From contig OZ024750.1 in NCBI GenBank assembly GCA_964016885.1, positions 13,082,001 through 13,146,000 on the forward strand: 64,000 nt of DNA. Reading direction: 5' to 3'. Positions 1 to 13,419 of this stretch are shown piece by piece (within the stretch, counting starts at the first letter, position 1; each line of letters starts with the position of its first letter). The stretch comes from Eledone cirrhosa (taxonomy: Eukaryota). The notes beneath the pieces are model-generated. The model worked only from the letters and a program-made list of their open reading frames with translations, was not told where the DNA came from and searched no databases. The position numbers were made by a program, and so were the translations under genes.

Positions 1-383
1 AAAAATGAACCCACAGATTCTATATATTTGCAGGTATCTTATACAGACATTGCCTTAGAGCCATGATAAGAATATCTTAACATAACCTCATTAAAAATAA
101 TGAGGCTATAAAAAGGCCAATTTCTGAGATACCATCATCATAAGATAGTAGATGATGCTAGACCAGATGTAATTTGACTATACATAAAATGCCAAATAAG
201 TTTTAAATATATTCCATAAATTAAACAGAATTTCCTATTTATTTATATCCATGTACAAAATGGTCCATTTATCTTAAAACATGAACATTTGAAATTAATT
301 TATATTTTTCTTAATAACCTAACTTCAATAGTTTAATAGTTTCTGTAAATTGAAAATATAGACACTAGAAAATTCAATCTTAC

Positions 384-458
384 CTCAAGTACGTGTACAG
401 TTTCGAAAGAATCAACAACTGTCTTTGTTTGTTTAATTGTCTCAACTTCTTTCCTTGC
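384..458 (-). CDS. Internal exon (75 nt, phase 0-0) of titin-like gene; second half of IQ motif, ARKEVETIKQTKTVVDSFETVHVLE
   Basis: Minus strand ttacttgaAG|GCAAGG...CTTGAG|GTAAGA; frame continues the IQ exon at 723-802. Confidence 0.75.
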
Positions 459-722
459 CTTCAAGTAAATAAAAAAGAAATATTTTATGAAGTAAGATAA
501 ATATTCAAATTTCTCAAAACTGTTTTTTACATAAATTACAATTAATGAAAAAAATAATCTTCTTATAAAGTAGCTCAATCAAAAAACAAATAATTATCTC
601 AATATTAATTTTTTATAAGTGTTAAGATACATAATAAAATATATCTATACTATCTATTTTCATTTAATATGAAAAAGGATTCAATTCTCTTTAAGCAAAA
701 ATAGGAAGAAATTCTGCTTTAC

Positions 723-802
723 CTTGAAACCTCGGTAGGCAGCTTGTATTGTGACAGCAGCCTGTTCTGCAATGTCCTCTTCTTCAGATATATCAGCAAA
801 TT
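723..802 (-). CDS. Internal exon (80 nt, phase 1-0) encoding IQ calmodulin/light-chain-binding motif: (E)FADISEEEDIAEQAAVTIQAAYRGFK
   Basis: ttttAG|AATTTG...TTCAAG|GTAAAG; joined to the next exon gives IQAAYRGFKARK, matching IQxxxRGxxxR. Confidence 0.85.
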
Positions 803-1241
803 CTAAAATTAAAAAATTATGAACAAGATGCAATGAAATTTTCAAACAATTATTTTCTCAAAATAAATTATTCCTATTTCATTTGAAATAAAATCTCTCT
901 ATATTAAAGAATATATTAAGTAGAAATAGCTATTTTTTGTTTATCATAAATACATATTAATTCTAAGATGTAAAATGAACCCACAGATTCTATATAATTG
1001 CAGGTATCTTATACAGACATTGCCTTAGAGCCATGATTAGACCATTATTAGACTATATTATGTAGTCAATGATACAGCGATACTTCTATTTCTATTCTAA
1101 AACTTTGCCTGCCTCATTCCAAATATATTTCCTTTACAACCTTTAATGTTTACAAGATTTTATTAGGCTCCTATATTTAAGAGTGCCCAGCAAAGTACAA
1201 TGTGTAATGCAAGCAATAATAAGCAATGTAGACTAAATTAC

Positions 1242-1539
1242 CTAACACATCAAGGACACATGATGATACAATTTCTCCATAGTCATTTGCAGCTTTAACG
1301 GTGTATGTTCCTGCATCTTCTGGAAATACTTCAGGAATCATTAAAGTAGATTCATTAGCACCAGGAATTACATGATACATTTCTCCATCTTCGATGAGCA
1401 TGTTGTTATAATACCATGTAATATTAGGAATTGGTTGACCTTTGTATTTACATACAAACGATATAGATCCACCTTCTTCTACTGTTTGATCAATTAGAGA
1501 AATTTCAAAAATAGGAGCCATATCACCAGGTTGTTTGAT
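1242..1539 (-). CDS. Internal exon (298 nt, phase 0-1), I-set immunoglobulin domain of titin/connectin type
   Basis: tttcAG|ATCAAA...GTGTTAG|GTAATT; APIF...EEGGSISFVCKYKGQPIPNITWY...DAGTYTVKAANDYG has the I-set signature residues. Confidence 0.92.
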
Positions 1540-1670
1540 CTGAAATAGAAAATAAAAATAATTCAACACCATTAATAATAAATATCATTAATTGAAAATA
1601 AATTATATACTTCCTTTTTGTATTTGTTTTACAAGATTTCGTCTCTGAAAACGTATGTTGAAAAAGATAT

Positions 1671-1872
1671 TGTTATACTTTGGGAGGGTCATGCTGCCAA
1701 TAAAAATGCACGCACCTCTTGATGCTCACTTCAATTTATTATAAACTCCCAGTTGGTTAGTTTAATAACTAAACAACTATCAGGTTATTTAACTAACCAG
1801 CTGGGACATTATCATAAATTGATGTGAAAAACCAACAGGTCCATGTGTTTTTGGCAGCATGACAAAGTATAA
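1671..1872. mobile_element. MITE-like foldback element
   Basis: Inverted termini tgttatactttg..gtcatgctgccaa / ttggcagcatgac.aaagtataaca and inner arms cccagttggttagt / actaaccagctggg. Confidence 0.65.
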
Positions 1873-2325
1873 CAAAAACTGTATACTGTTTGAATTTTAT
1901 TGATTAGCTATTATTTATTCCTATTGTGACAACCTTTTTTTCTGTAACCCCCTCACCACTATAATCACTGGATATATTAAAAGCAAACAGCAGAGTGGTT
2001 TGGAATATATCCATATTTTCAAGCCACCCTCCTCACCCTCCTAATCATTGTATAGATAAACTGTCCGATAAAAGTCTGAAAGTTAGAATATCCACAGAAC
2101 CGGACAGAAGGTTCATTTTCAAATGATAAATCTGCAATGTGGGCTTAAACAGAATTGACAAAACTACAGAACAACAAAAAGATGGTTGCAGTAAGGTATT
2201 TGGTAATATAGAATGTTGTTTGTCTCGTATTTATTCATACATGTGAATAAATATAATACAGGAAATAGGCAATAATCTTTTGTTTTAATATTATATAATT
2301 GATGTAGAAATTATTAAATACAAAC

Positions 2326-2362
2326 CTCAATTGTAATTCCAGAATCCTTTTCTTTCACCTCG
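2326..2362 (-). CDS. Microexon (37 nt, phase 2-0), (I)EVKEKDSGITIE
   Basis: ttttctAG|CGAGG...ATTGAG|GTTTGT; its phases exactly bridge the exons at 3086-3119 and 1242-1539. Confidence 0.7.
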
Positions 2363-3085
2363 CTAGAAAACAAATACAAAATGTTTAGAATAATGGACAA
2401 ACAATTGTATTTAGATAAGTTTTAAATAAGAAACAAATAAAGAAGTAAATCTGTGTCCAAGCAAAATAGAAAGTATATGTACAATATAATAATACATATC
2501 CAAAATAAAATGGAAAAATTAGAGTATTTCTTAAATATTTGTAATATTAGTGTCGTGGTTTCTTTTTAAGAACAATTCCCAACACTTCAGTTTTTCTGTT
2601 GACCCTTCAGAGTCATGAAGACACTGCTTTAGTGTGTGGGGAAAATACAGCCCTATGGAGCCCATCCTTCTCCAGGCTTGATCACAACCCTAGGTGGTTT
2701 GTTTTGATGATAGACACGTGGCTATAGAATTTCTTTTAGGAAATGTGTCCATCCTATCCATTGATTCCAAAGACAGAGACATTCATCTGCTCAGTGTTGT
2801 CATGTAAACAGAAGCTCCTCATGTCAACAGCAGCCTCTCATGTCAACATTAGCCTCATGTCATTTAGCTTTCCAGTTAAAATATCATCATCATTATCGTT
2901 TAACGTCCATCTTCCACCCTAGCATGGGTAGGACAAAATAGTCTATTATAATATGATAGAATAAATACTATTATGGTACCAGTACTAGTTTTATAAAATT
3001 GAGGAAAGAAAATAAAGTAATAATAATATTTATAGGCAGCCCCACACACACACTCCCAAAATATAATAAATGTAATAATACTTAC

Positions 3086-3119
3086 ATAAACTCAGAAGCT
3101 TCATCAAATTCTAATTCTT
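3086..3119 (-). CDS. Microexon (34 nt, phase 1-2), (E)ELEFDEASEF
   Basis: tttacAG|AAGAA...TTTAT|GTAAGT; acidic linker, phase-compatible with both neighbours. Confidence 0.7.
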
Positions 3120-3777
3120 CTGTAAATGTAAATAATTTAAGATTAATGATATGCTCTTTTAAAAGCAAAAGATTTTTTTTATCAAAGTATTTGTCAATAT
3201 TTTACATATAAAAACAATAAATTGTCAAAAGATAATATAGCTGAGTTTGGGGGGACAACATCTTATTTACATACATTCCTCCACTCTACCAAGTGTATTT
3301 TATCATGGGACCATCACTAGAGAGATTTATAAATAGTAAACATGCATCTAGCCTCGCTGTATTTCATGCTGCAATCATGTAACAAGCTTTTAATAAGATT
3401 GCCTGAGTGGTATATGAATATTTGTGCACCCTTTTCTTTCAAGAAAAATTTAAACAAAATGTGTGATTCTTTATGTTTGTACAAAAGTTATTTTTGAAAT
3501 GATTTGAAAATTATTGGCAGTGTCTTTCATTTGATTTTATTATTTAACGTAAAGAAACGTTTATGGTTTAAGAAATATATATGAATAGAATTACAGCAGA
3601 GCTATTGATGTAGTTAAGCTCTTTTCAAGATTAAACTGAAGCTATCTAAGAAATATATACTAATAGTATATATATGCATATGTTACGTAAAAATAAATAT
3701 ATATATAGAGAGAGAGAGGGGGGATAGCAACGTTCGATACAAAATAGTGAAAGTTGATGCAGGAGGTGTAAACATAC

Positions 3778-3976
3778 CATCATCAATTGTAAGGATGACA
3801 GAATAGGAATTTTCTCCAACAAAATTCTTGATAACCAAAGTGTATTTTCCAGTATCTTCAGATGTTACATCATCAAGGATCATGGATATGTTATAGATGT
3901 TTTCATCTTTTTTCATCTCAATAAGATAATTTTCTTCTTCAGTGTTAATTTCAACATCATTATGGAACCATGCCAA
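3778..3976 (-). CDS. Internal exon (199 nt, phase 0-1), C-terminal part of I-set Ig domain
   Basis: ctatAG|TTGGCATGG...GATGATG|GTATGT; LAWFHND...DTGKYTLVIKNFVG. Confidence 0.88.
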
Positions 3977-4291
3977 CTATAGTTTATAAAAAATAATTAT
4001 ATTGGAAATTTCATCATAAAGAAATTAGGTAGAAGTAAGATATTGAAATGTGAACATGAATGATATCTGTTAGGTGAAATGTTTTATATATTTTAGGGGG
4101 AAAGTATGTTACTTCATGGAAGATGAACATTACACAAAAGGTGGTGATGTCAGATCAAAGAAACCTAGGCCTTGAAAATCATGATAAAAAGTGAATTGAT
4201 TGGTGATATGCTATACAACAAATCATTAGTATATTGATGGTTACAAGTTATCAGAATAAAAATAAATAAGCTAAAGTAAACAGTTACTTAC

Positions 4292-4401
4292 TGAAGGAGC
4301 AGGATTTGCTTCAACTGTGTATTCCAATTTAGCTGAGCTTCCAACACCGACAGTGTATTCATCTCTAGGTTTACTTACGAATCTAGGCTTCTGTACTTCA
4401 G
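4292..4401 (-). CDS. Internal exon (110 nt, phase 1-0), N-terminal part of I-set Ig domain
   Basis: tttatgtAG|CTGAA...CCTTCA|GTAAGT; EVQKPRFVSKP...GSSAKLEYTVEANPAPS joins in frame to LAWFHN. Confidence 0.88.
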
Positions 4402-5117
4402 CTACATAAAAGAAATATACTCTTAAAATCTTAAAATTTCTAAAGCAAATATTAAATATATTAAATTCTGATCTAAAGAGACACTTCGAAGTGCACAAGA
4501 ATGATCAAACCCATTATACAATTTTAAACAATAACTTAACTTTATTTTCTGTATAATTTTCAATACATTTATTATTTAAAAACAAAAGAATCTATCTATT
4601 TCTTATATCCTTATCTCCTACATAGTTACACTGTACAAATTAAGCATACTAACTGAAATTGATGGAATAAGATATACTACTAAACTTTCAAAGTATAAAA
4701 GTATCTTGAAAGGAAATCTATTGTTGATTTGACCCTGGTCAGACCTCATCAAGCAACCATCTGATAAAGCTTTCCAGCCACGACCATTTCATCTTTTATT
4801 TAAATACATTAGCTAAGATATATTTCCTTTTAAAGATAGCAAAGTGTGATTTATTAAAGAAATATTTAGATGCTATTTTTAGCAAATAAAACAACCACAT
4901 AGTGGGTCCTGCTTTTGGCTAGATAGATTTTCATTTATATTTAGAAGATATAATTATTTTTATTTTATCTGAGCAACTTAGTTAATTAGTTAATTATTAA
5001 TTTGAATGCATATAAATCTACATGTAAAACTGAGTACTACAATTTTGTATGCTATAAACCAAAATATTTTCTTTTTATACTGCTGAAAAAGTATTTGATA
5101 AATATAAAACTACTTAC

Positions 5118-5156
5118 TTGATTCTTCTGGTGTGGTATATCCCATAGAATCATCAT
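5118..5156 (-). CDS. Symmetric microexon (39 nt, phase 1-1), (D)DDSMGYTTPEES
   Basis: tctcttctaaAG|ATGATG...GAATCAA|GTAAGT; open frame, phase matches giant exon A and the Ig exon. Confidence 0.65.
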
Positions 5157-8100
5157 CTTTAGAAGAGAAAATATTTATATGAAAATATATATTTCAGAGT
5201 AAAAGAGGGAGAGAATGTGTATGGATGAAATAAAGAATACAAGATGCATATTGTGATATAGTGAATAGTACAAGAAAAATTATACCTACTATTTTATAAA
5301 TAATTATTTAAAACATAATGTTTATTACATAAACATTAGCAAATATTTGATAGATATATCAAAATTGAAAATAAAAAGCACTGTAATATTTAAGATATTT
5401 AAAAGAAAGTTATGAATAAAAAACATCAAAGTAAAACGTTTAGTTGTTTTATGTTTTGAGGAGGAGAATATGAAAGGTAAATATTTACTTAAAAGATGTT
5501 TCGATTACATAAATTGTATTCTAAATACAAATATATTTTGTTGCACTTATTTAGAACAAAATTAACCAAGACTCTATTGCTAATATTTAGAGTAAAAGTA
5601 TTTTAATCTTAAAAGTGAAAGTCCACCTATAAAAATATTATGAATTTTCTTTTTTATTCAGATATTTAATTCTAATAAAATCTTTTTTACTTCTTATACT
5701 AAAGAAACCTTATTCAGTTGGATAAATATTAACACACTTCAGCAATAATGGAGTCTTTACCATTACTACCCAAGCATTGTAACTTTTTCTTCAAGCTCTC
5801 CTTTCTATTCTATAAGCTAATTTCTATTCCAAAACAACTTTAATATGTACTCCCAATTCAATAAATTAACTAAAAATATATAATTTCTGAAAACAAAAAT
5901 AGCTTTCTTTTCTTTTGGTATTTTTGTCAAAATTAAGTTTATAATATAATGATTAAGAAGATATATTGAGTTAATATATTAAAAGTGTAATTATATATAC
6001 AACTGATAATGTATAACAGTTCAAAACAAATATTTTGAAATAACAGAGCACTGTAACATGGAGCAGCAAGCTAAATACATAGAAAGCAAAATTCATTAAT
6101 GAAATGGTTTTCATGTTTGCATGGAGAATATTCTGTAAGCAGAAAACAGTTGTTAACATTAATAACAATAAAAAATTAATAGTATAATGGATTAACTGAA
6201 CAATTCATTATTGCAATAAAATATTTCCTCGTGTTTGAAACGTTTTATTCAGTAACTTGATTAACATGGAGTTTTATTTAACCTTGACGTTTCTGTTATC
6301 AGGTCATTAAATGATGATGTTCCATATGAATTGATTTTAAGTAAACATAGAAGCGGAACAGTAGTAAAATATATGAAATTTCAAATACGAGATGAAAACG
6401 TTATTAACTGTTATATACTTCTCAATCTCTATTTTGCTACAATTTCTTTACAATATATTTCTGTTATGGTTTATAATTTGTCTCCTATAACAGTTCAAGA
6501 CAAATGCTAATGTATGGTCCACGGAACTGTATAAAATGATAAAGAAATATTATATTCTAACCTAACCTTTTAGCATTTACATTACTCTATAGGACATTAA
6601 ACTACATCCAGTGGCAAGGCTCCAATTCAGGGGTTCAGGAGCTGTGGGGAATGTGGAGTTAGCCCTTAGTTGTTATCACTCCCAGGTCTGCTCTGGCCCG
6701 GAATAGTCGTACCTGTTAGGGCCCCATTTATGGGTTAAATACCTTATTCGAGAGGTGCCGGTAAGGTATTATCAGCTAATAACCATGGAGAATGAATTTA
6801 ACAGCACTAGGGTTAGAGCCCCTAACTACACTGTCAAGGAGCAATCTGGTCATTATGACTGATTGTTTAGAGCCATAGGGAGAAATAATGGATGATGGAT
6901 CAGCTGCTCTGAGACAAATATAAAGAATGCAGTTTTGTCCTGCAGAAGAGCCATTAAAATTGGAATTTTACCCGCCCTAGATAGATAGATATTTACTATT
7001 GTTTTTTTTTTGGTAAAGGCTTTATCTTACATAATTATCTCACATAATATTGAATCTACGAGATTTTTATGTTATTTATTTTGAGAACAATACCTTAACA
7101 TTAGTATGTGCGGCCAGTTACGGCCAGTTTGAACAGAAAAAGGTGAAAGAATTCTGGCCAAATATGGCCGGTTTAAATGAAATTAGCAATGTACAAGCAT
7201 TTTAATTTTTATAGTTATTCTTCTTTTCATGAAAAGTAAAACAACAATAATGTTCACAGTATTATATGTGGCACATTAAAGATATGTTTGTTTTTGAATG
7301 ATTAACATAAAAATAGCATCGTTTCAATGCATTCAGTTCAATAAGATTGTTTGAAATTGTATCTAAAGACATAAACAATAACTGTGATATACACATATAG
7401 CAATTATTTATATCTATTGGATATGAGCAATACGATACTTTTTCAAGTGTTTATTTGGGTACAGGTATGATTGCAGACTTAATAAGATCACTTTGTATTC
7501 ACATGACACAAGGTTTGATGCCAATGCAAGAAGCACTTGGCAAATGCCTTCTTTGTTGAGTTGACCAATGATTTGTGAGTGAAATTTGGAAGATGGAAGC
7601 CCATTATGCACACACGTGTGTTTATGATAGTGAAGTACCTTTTTAAATGGACATAATTCATATAGCACTTATCCCTTTGACAAATAAAAACCCCTTAAGT
7701 ACCAAGTCAAAGTACATTGAATGATATACTATAATACACTAAGACTCTAAGACAGTACTCTAACAGAGCTGGTCTCTAAAGACTGCAGCTAGTAAATATA
7801 AATGGATTTATGTTTGGTAAATTCCTTTAGAAACAATCTATAGTATTTATATTTAAAGCTTATGACTAATTTTGAAATTGTACAGCTACCATTTTATAGA
7901 TATGCACAAAATGCGATTATAATATTGTCATATGGCATGCAAATAATATAGTGTAACATACTAAACTAAGAGAAACTAATATATTAGACCTATAAATTGT
8001 ATAGATTATATAAGTTTTGGTTAAAGTTATAAGTATACCTAAATGTTTTCATTAATGGATATCATGAAATAATTCTAGCAAACATAAAAGCAGCAAATTG

Positions 8101-8189
8101 AGCTTTGTAATCTTTAATGAAATACATTAATTAATAACCTACAATTAAAGTGTTTAGCTATTTTGTGCCAGGTAATATTATAATATATA

Positions 8190-8508
8190 CCTGATTAAAG
8201 CAGCATGCATCGATATGACATTACAAAGAAAGCATTTATTTTCTAGATGGATGATAAAGCTATGTTGACTAAATATAGAAATTAACAAAGACTGAACGAT
8301 ACTCCTGACAAAGATGGAACTGAAAGAGACATAAAACAAATACATTGATAAGTACATTATAAGACAGAAACATGGACAAATGACGACATGCCAACTAGGC
8401 ATAAATAAGCTACATAAAAATATATGCTTGTGTAAAAAGAAGCAGCAGTAGTAGCAGCAGCAAGTGCAGTAGCATAAATTAAATCCCAGATAATCGTCCA
8501 CAAAATAC
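8190..8508 (-). promoter_or_regulatory. Conserved intronic block after the exon A donor (UGCU cluster, GCAUG, UGCAUG at 8204-8209)
   Basis: Alignable by eye with the equivalent ~300 nt after exons B, C and D; motifs retained at equivalent positions. Confidence 0.6.
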
Positions 8509-11500
8509 CTATTTTTTCAACAATTTCTTCTTTCACTGAGCGAAGATCTTCAAGGCCAGGAAGGATTACATTTGGTTCAACAAATGTATCTCCCTCGTGC
8601 TGTATTATTGGGAGAATTGATTTTAAAAGTGCACCCTCATCATCCAAAGGTAAATTGTGAAGTTCTGAATAGTTTAATACAGATTCATCAATTTTCTCAG
8701 CATGTTGTTTTGAATCAATGGATATAGTAACAACTTCAGAAGTAGTGGAATCAACTTCATCAGATACTGAAGGAACAATACTGGATGAGATACTAATGTC
8801 ACTTTGAGTTGTCTCAGGTTTACCAATATCAATAAATGTAATTTCAGATTTCTCAGTAGGTTTCTCATCAATATCAAGTTTAATAGATACTTCCTCTATG
8901 GTTTCTGGTTTAATATCAACTTGGGTCTTTTCAACTGGTTCCTTTGAAACTACATCTTCATGTACAATTTCAGAAGGAATAGTTTCTTTAATGGTAATCT
9001 CTTGTAAATTAGTGCTAACAACACCTACAGATTTAGGTATCTCTACATGTTCTTTCTCTATATCAGTTGTATGTTCTACAGTGTCAACAACCACATCTTC
9101 TGCTGTATGAATCTCTTCAATTACAGTAACTGATGTGTCTTTCTTATCAACAGGTACCTCAGTAGTTTCAACTTTTGATTCTTTATCTGATGGAATATCA
9201 AAGAATTCTTCTTGAGAAAGTACTTCATCAGCTGTACTCACAATACTTACAGCTGGAGCACTTATTATTGTCATTTCAGAAATTTCTTTCACATCTTTCT
9301 GTACAGGAATGACTTCACTTTCCTTGCTGATTTCAATAACACTATCACTTACAATTTCTTCAGGAGTTTCTTCAGTTGTAGACATTTTTGTAGAACTAAC
9401 AGAAATCTGAAAACTACTCTCTTCAACTGGTTTAACACTCACTGTATCTTTAAATGGTTCTTCCAATGTCTCTACAATACTTTCTTTTTCTACTTCTTCA
9501 CCTGTTGTAAATGTTTGTTCAGTTTTTATAACTATAGGTGTTTGATCTTCAGATGTGATTTTCTTAGAATCAATTGATACAACCATTTCAACAGGAATAT
9601 CACTGATTTTCTCTGGAGAAATATCTGTTTTACTTTGTTCAGTACTGGTACTTATAACTGAAGTAACTGTAACAGATTCAACCGTATCTGGTATAACTGA
9701 TTCAGATATATCTGTAGGTTGAATTTCAGTAACAACTTTTACTTCTTCTTCTTCTGGTTGTTTTACCTTTATTTCAGTTGTAGAAATTGTTGTAATATCA
9801 GTAACTTCTGGTTTCTTCTCTTTAATTTCCAGTTCTTTACCTTCAATATGAACTGTACTTTCAGGTACAATATCAAAGGTAGACATTTCTGGTGTAATTG
9901 TTGTTTCTTCTTTACTGATAATAATTGCATTTTGAGCAAAAGTTACCTGTTCTTTTTCAGTAGAAATAACATCTGGTACTTTAGGTGTAACTTGCATTTC
10001 AATATCACACACTGTTGTCTCCGGTTTATCAATATCAATAAATGTAATTTCAGATTTCTCAGTAGGTTTCTCACCAATGTCAAGTTGAATAGATACTTCC
10101 TCTTTGGTTTCTGGTTTAATATCAAATTCGATCTTTTCCACTGGTTCCTTTGAAACGACATCTTCATGTACAATTTCAGAAGGAATAGTTTCTTTAATGG
10201 TAATCTCTTGTAAATCAGTGCTAACAACACCTACAGATTTAGGTGTCTCTACATGTTCTTTCTCAATATCAGTTGTATGTTCTACAGTGTCAACAACCAC
10301 ATCTTCTGCTGTATGAATCTCTTCAATTACAGTAACTGGTGTGTCTTTCTTATCAACAAGTATCTCAGTAGTTTCAACTTTTGTTTCTTTATCTGATGGA
10401 ATATCAAAGAATTCTTCTTCAGAAAGTACTTCATCAGCTGTACTTACAATACTTACAGCTGGAGCACTTATTATTGTCATTTCAGAAATTTCTTTCACTT
10501 CTTTCTGTACAGGAATGACTTCACTTTCCTTGCTGATTTCAATAACACTATCACTTACAATTTCTTGAGGAGTTTCTTCAGTTGTAGACATTTTGGTAGA
10601 ACTCACAGAAATCTGAAAACTACTCTCTTCAACTGGTTGAACACTCACTGTATCTTTAAATGGTTCTTCCAATGTCTCTACAGTACTTTCTTTTTCTACT
10701 TCTTCACCTGTTGTATATGTTTGTTCAGTTTTTATAACTATAGGTGTTTGATCTTCTGATATGATTTTCTTAGAATCAATTGATACAACCATTTCAACAG
10801 GAATATCACTGATTTTCTCTGGAGAAATATCTGTTTTACTTTGTTCAGTACTGGTACTTATAACTGAAGTAACTGTAACAGATTCAACCTTATCTGGTAT
10901 AACTGATTCAGATATATCTGTATGTTGAATTTCAGTAACAACTTTTACTTCTTCTTCTTCTGGTTGTTTTACCTTTATTTCAGTTGTGGAAATTGTTGTA
11001 ATATCAGTAACTTCTGGTTTCTTCTCTTTAATTTCCAGTTCTTTACCTTCAATATGAACTGTACTTTCAGGTACAATATCAAAGGTAGACATTTCTGGTG
11101 TAATTGTTGTTTCTTCTTTACTGATAATAATTGCACTTTGAGCAAAAGTTACCTGTTCTTTTTCAGTAGAAATAACATCTGGTACTTTAGGTGTAACTTG
11201 CATTTCAATATCACACACTGTTGTCTCAGGTTTATCAATATCAATAAATGTAATTTCAGATTTCTCAGTAGGTTTCTCACCAATGTCAAGTTGGATAGAT
11301 ACTTCCTCTTGGGTTTCTGGTTTAATATCAAATTCGATCTTTTCCACTGGTTCCTTTGAAACGACATCTTCATGTACAATTTCAGAAGGAATAGTTTCTT
11401 TAATGGTAATCTCTTGTAAATTAGTGCTAACAACACCTACAGATTTAGGTATCTCTACATGTTCTTTCTCTATATCAGTTGTATGTTCTACAGTGTCAAC

Positions 11501-12765
11501 AACTACATCTTCTGCTGTATGAATCTCTTCAATTACAGTAACTGATGTGTCTTTCTTATCAACAGGTACCTCAGTAGTTTCAACTTTTGTTTCTTCATCT
11601 GATGAGATATCAAAGAATTCTTCTTCAGAAAGTACTTCATCAGCTGTACTCACAATACTTACAGCTGGAGCACTTATTATTGTCATTTCAGAAATTTCTT
11701 TCACATCTTTCTGTACAGGAGTGATTTCACTTTCTTTGCTGATTTCAACAACACTATCACTTACAATTTCTTCAGGTGTTTCCTCAGTTGTAGACATTTT
11801 CGTAGAACTCACAGAAATCTGAAAACTACTCTCTTCAACTGGTTGAACACTCACTGTATCCTTAAATGGTTCTTCCAATGTCTCTACAGTACTTTCTTTT
11901 TCTACTTCTTCATCTGTTGTATACGTTTGTTCAGTTTTTATAACTATAGGTGTTTGATCTTCAGATGTGATTTTCTTAGAATCAATTGATACAACCATTT
12001 CAACAGGAATATCACTGATTTTCTCTGGAGAAATATCTGTTTTACTTTGTTCAGTACTGGTACTTATAACTGAAGTAACTGTAACAGATTGAACCGTATC
12101 TGGTATAACTGATTCAGATATATCTGTAGGTTGAATTTCAGTAACAATTTTTACTTCTTCTTCTGGTTGTTTTACCTTTATTTCAGTTGTAGAAATTGTT
12201 GTAATATCAGTAACTTCTGGTTTCTTCTCTTTAATTTCCAGTTTTTTACCTTCAATATGAACTGTACTTTCAGGTACAATATCAAAGGTAGACATTTCTG
12301 GTGTAATTGTTGTTTCTTCTTTACTGATAATAATTGCACTTTGAGCAAAAGTTACCTGTTCTTTTTCAGTAGAAATAACATCTGGTACTTTAGGTGTAAC
12401 TTGCATTTCAATATCACACACTGTTGTCTCAGGTTTACCAATATCAATAAATGTAATTTCAGATTTCTCTGTAGGTTTCTCACCAATGTCAAGTTGAATA
12501 GACACTTCTTCTTTAGTTTCTGGTTTAATATCAACTTGTGTCTTTTCAATAATATCTTCTTTTTTATTGCTTACTACTTCCATCTTAAAAGTAGCAGGTT
12601 CCACTACATCTGAAGTTATCTTTATATTCATATCCATCTTAGCTGTTTCTAATGAGGGTGAACTTTCTGTTATTTGTTCAACTTCCTTTATGGCCATTTT
12701 TGGTATTTCTTTAATCTTCTCTTCTTCCACAGTCATTGTTATTTCTTTACGTACTGGCAAATCAC
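8509..12765 (-). CDS. Giant exon A (4257 nt, 1419 codons, phase 1-1) with ~3 copies of the 402-aa acidic repeat
   Basis: Uninterrupted ORF 8357..12760; acceptor tttatattAG|GTGATTTG and donor AAAATAG|GTATTT, both shared by all four giant exons; length divisible by 3. Confidence 0.85.
8810..12545. repeat. Coding tandem array, 1206-bp unit (exon A)
   Basis: Near-identical shadow ORFs recur every 1206 bp (8898/10104; 9943/11149). Confidence 0.95.
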
Positions 12766-13419
12766 CTAATATAAATCAAATAATGTTTAAGAAAAATATT
12801 CTTGTGTAATAATCACTCTGTTTCTCCCTGTTAATTTATCCTTCCTTGATTTAAAGAAAAACAAAATTATCTATTCACAATATACATTTAATGTGGTGGG
12901 GTAAAGAAATATATACATATATAACAGGTCTGGACCCAATGGAACCAATCTCCCTCTTTCACTGCCTACTTCTCTCCTGCTTTCCCTATTTCTCACTATT
13001 GTGAGCAAATGGGGGCTCACAAATATATATGAAATAGAATGAAATACTTAAACTCTGTTATACATTATGCAATTCAGAGCACATCATATTTAAAAATTAG
13101 TCGTTTAATTTCTCTGATATTGTATTCCTTGCGGTAGCAGTAATACATTGATTCATATGCTGATTGTTATAAATTTTAGATTTTTTTCATACCATTTCTA
13201 AAATTCACATAAAATAAATGTTCAGTGATTTCTATGTGAGTTCTACGTAATAGTTCTCTTCTATTTGACTGCAATTTATAAGTATATCTGACTCTAGTAT
13301 TTTATTTTCTATCATCATTATCAACATTATTGGTTTTATGTCAGCTTCTTGAGTGGGCTAAACATATATTAGACAGTTGTTATACCTCTAATGTTTATTA
13401 ACATATATATAAATGAGAC

